This document shows positions 63,768-64,000 of a DNA stretch of 64,000 nt, piece after piece. Source of the DNA: Nanobdellota archaeon (GTDB taxonomy: Archaea > Nanobdellota > Nanobdellia > Pacearchaeales > GW2011-AR1); contig JBBSXN010000005.1 of assembly GCA_038045765.1 (NCBI GenBank), positions 226,144 through 290,143 on the forward strand. The letters are read 5' to 3'. Under the pieces are notes generated by a model. It saw only the letters and a list, made by a program, of their open reading frames with translations, had not been told where the DNA came from and did no database searches. Both the position numbers and the translations under genes were made by a program. The number at the start of each line of letters is the position of its first letter. Within the stretch, counting starts at the first letter, position 1.

Positions 63768-64000
63768 ATGAAGTTACTCGTTGTCGGAGATTTTCATGGA
63801 GAATTACCTAGTTTTATTGAGAGAATTATGAAAAAAGAGAAGATAGATTTAGTTGTTTCAAATGGAGATTACTTGCCTTTCCATTATAGAAAAATATGGT
63901 TTAAGTATTGTTATGGAACAGGACTCGAGCTATGGGAAGTTATTGGGAAGAAGAATTATCAGAGATTAATTGATAGAGAGTTGAGAGAAGGAGAGAATGT
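63768..64000 (+). CDS. metallophosphoesterase (calcineurin-like), 5' part; continues past the window end
   Basis: MKLLVVGDFHG...VVSNGDY is the GDxHG / GDxxD motif pattern. Confidence 0.5.
   Translation, partial: MKLLVVGDFHGELPSFIERIMKKEKIDLVVSNGDYLPFHYRKIWFKYCYGTGLELWEVIGKKNYQRLIDRELREGEN

Overview
This is a low-GC (~30%) window that reads as archaeal, probably from a small-genome DPANN-like lineage. The archaeal calls are: a TATA-binding protein with two repeats, an ATP-dependent DNA ligase (KYDGFR motif), deoxyhypusine synthase, GatD plus GatE/GatB-family amidotransferases, archaeal-type ProRS and AspRS, a class-III-signal pilin, a TrmB regulator, and TATA boxes ~21-25 nt upstream of leaderless start codons.

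Layout of the window:
- 1-7.8 kb: a surface-polysaccharide locus. It holds a PglC/WbaP-like sugar transferase tail, GT26, a GNT-I-like GT-A, GT4, a Wzy/O-antigen-ligase-like protein, a Wzx-like flippase, and a GT-C protein with a C-terminal LamG domain.
- 8-14.7 kb: housekeeping genes (ligase, a GT-C-like membrane protein, TBP, RarA) and a HEPN/MNT pair.
- 15-35 kb: two tandem pairs of giant secreted proteins (845-1162 aa). Three of the four share an almost identical signal peptide and leader; the fourth (18369, the metzincin) has a different signal peptide. They carry repeated 4-Cys modules reminiscent of thrombospondin type-1 repeats, LamG and Ig/MBG-like domains, and a conserved C-terminal Cys module. 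One member has a metzincin HExxHxxGxxH zinc-protease signature. Between the pairs sit two Nudix genes, a membrane-anchored ArsR-like regulator with a SIMPL protein, a DHH phosphoesterase, an acylphosphatase-UppS fusion, a pilin, and an HExxH protein.
- 35-47.5 kb: deoxyhypusine synthase and a Dol-P-sugar-synthase-like GT2. These are followed by a mosaic family of four signal-anchored surface proteins with a shared promoter, leader and C-terminal tail. Two duplicated, convergently arranged PMT/ArnT-like GT-C genes, a LAB_N-domain mini-protein, and a 710-aa hyper-acidic Asp-repeat/Cys-motif secreted protein are interleaved with them.
- 47.5-64 kb: a HEPN/MNT pair flanked by 32-bp direct repeats next to TrmB, GatB, an amino-acid permease, tRNA-Arg(TCG), a cupredoxin, ProRS, an anomalous GC-richer ~400-nt segment, GatD, a GalE-like epimerase, a nucleotidyltransferase-Fic module flanked by 25-bp direct repeats, GatE-like, AspRS, and a partial metallophosphoesterase.

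No CRISPR array, rRNA or obvious transposase was seen. The most interesting content is the apparent cell-surface and glycosylation system. It combines paralogous giant adhesin-like proteins built from modules that resemble eukaryotic extracellular-matrix domains with cassettes of a mosaic surface protein plus a protein-mannosyltransferase-like GT-C.
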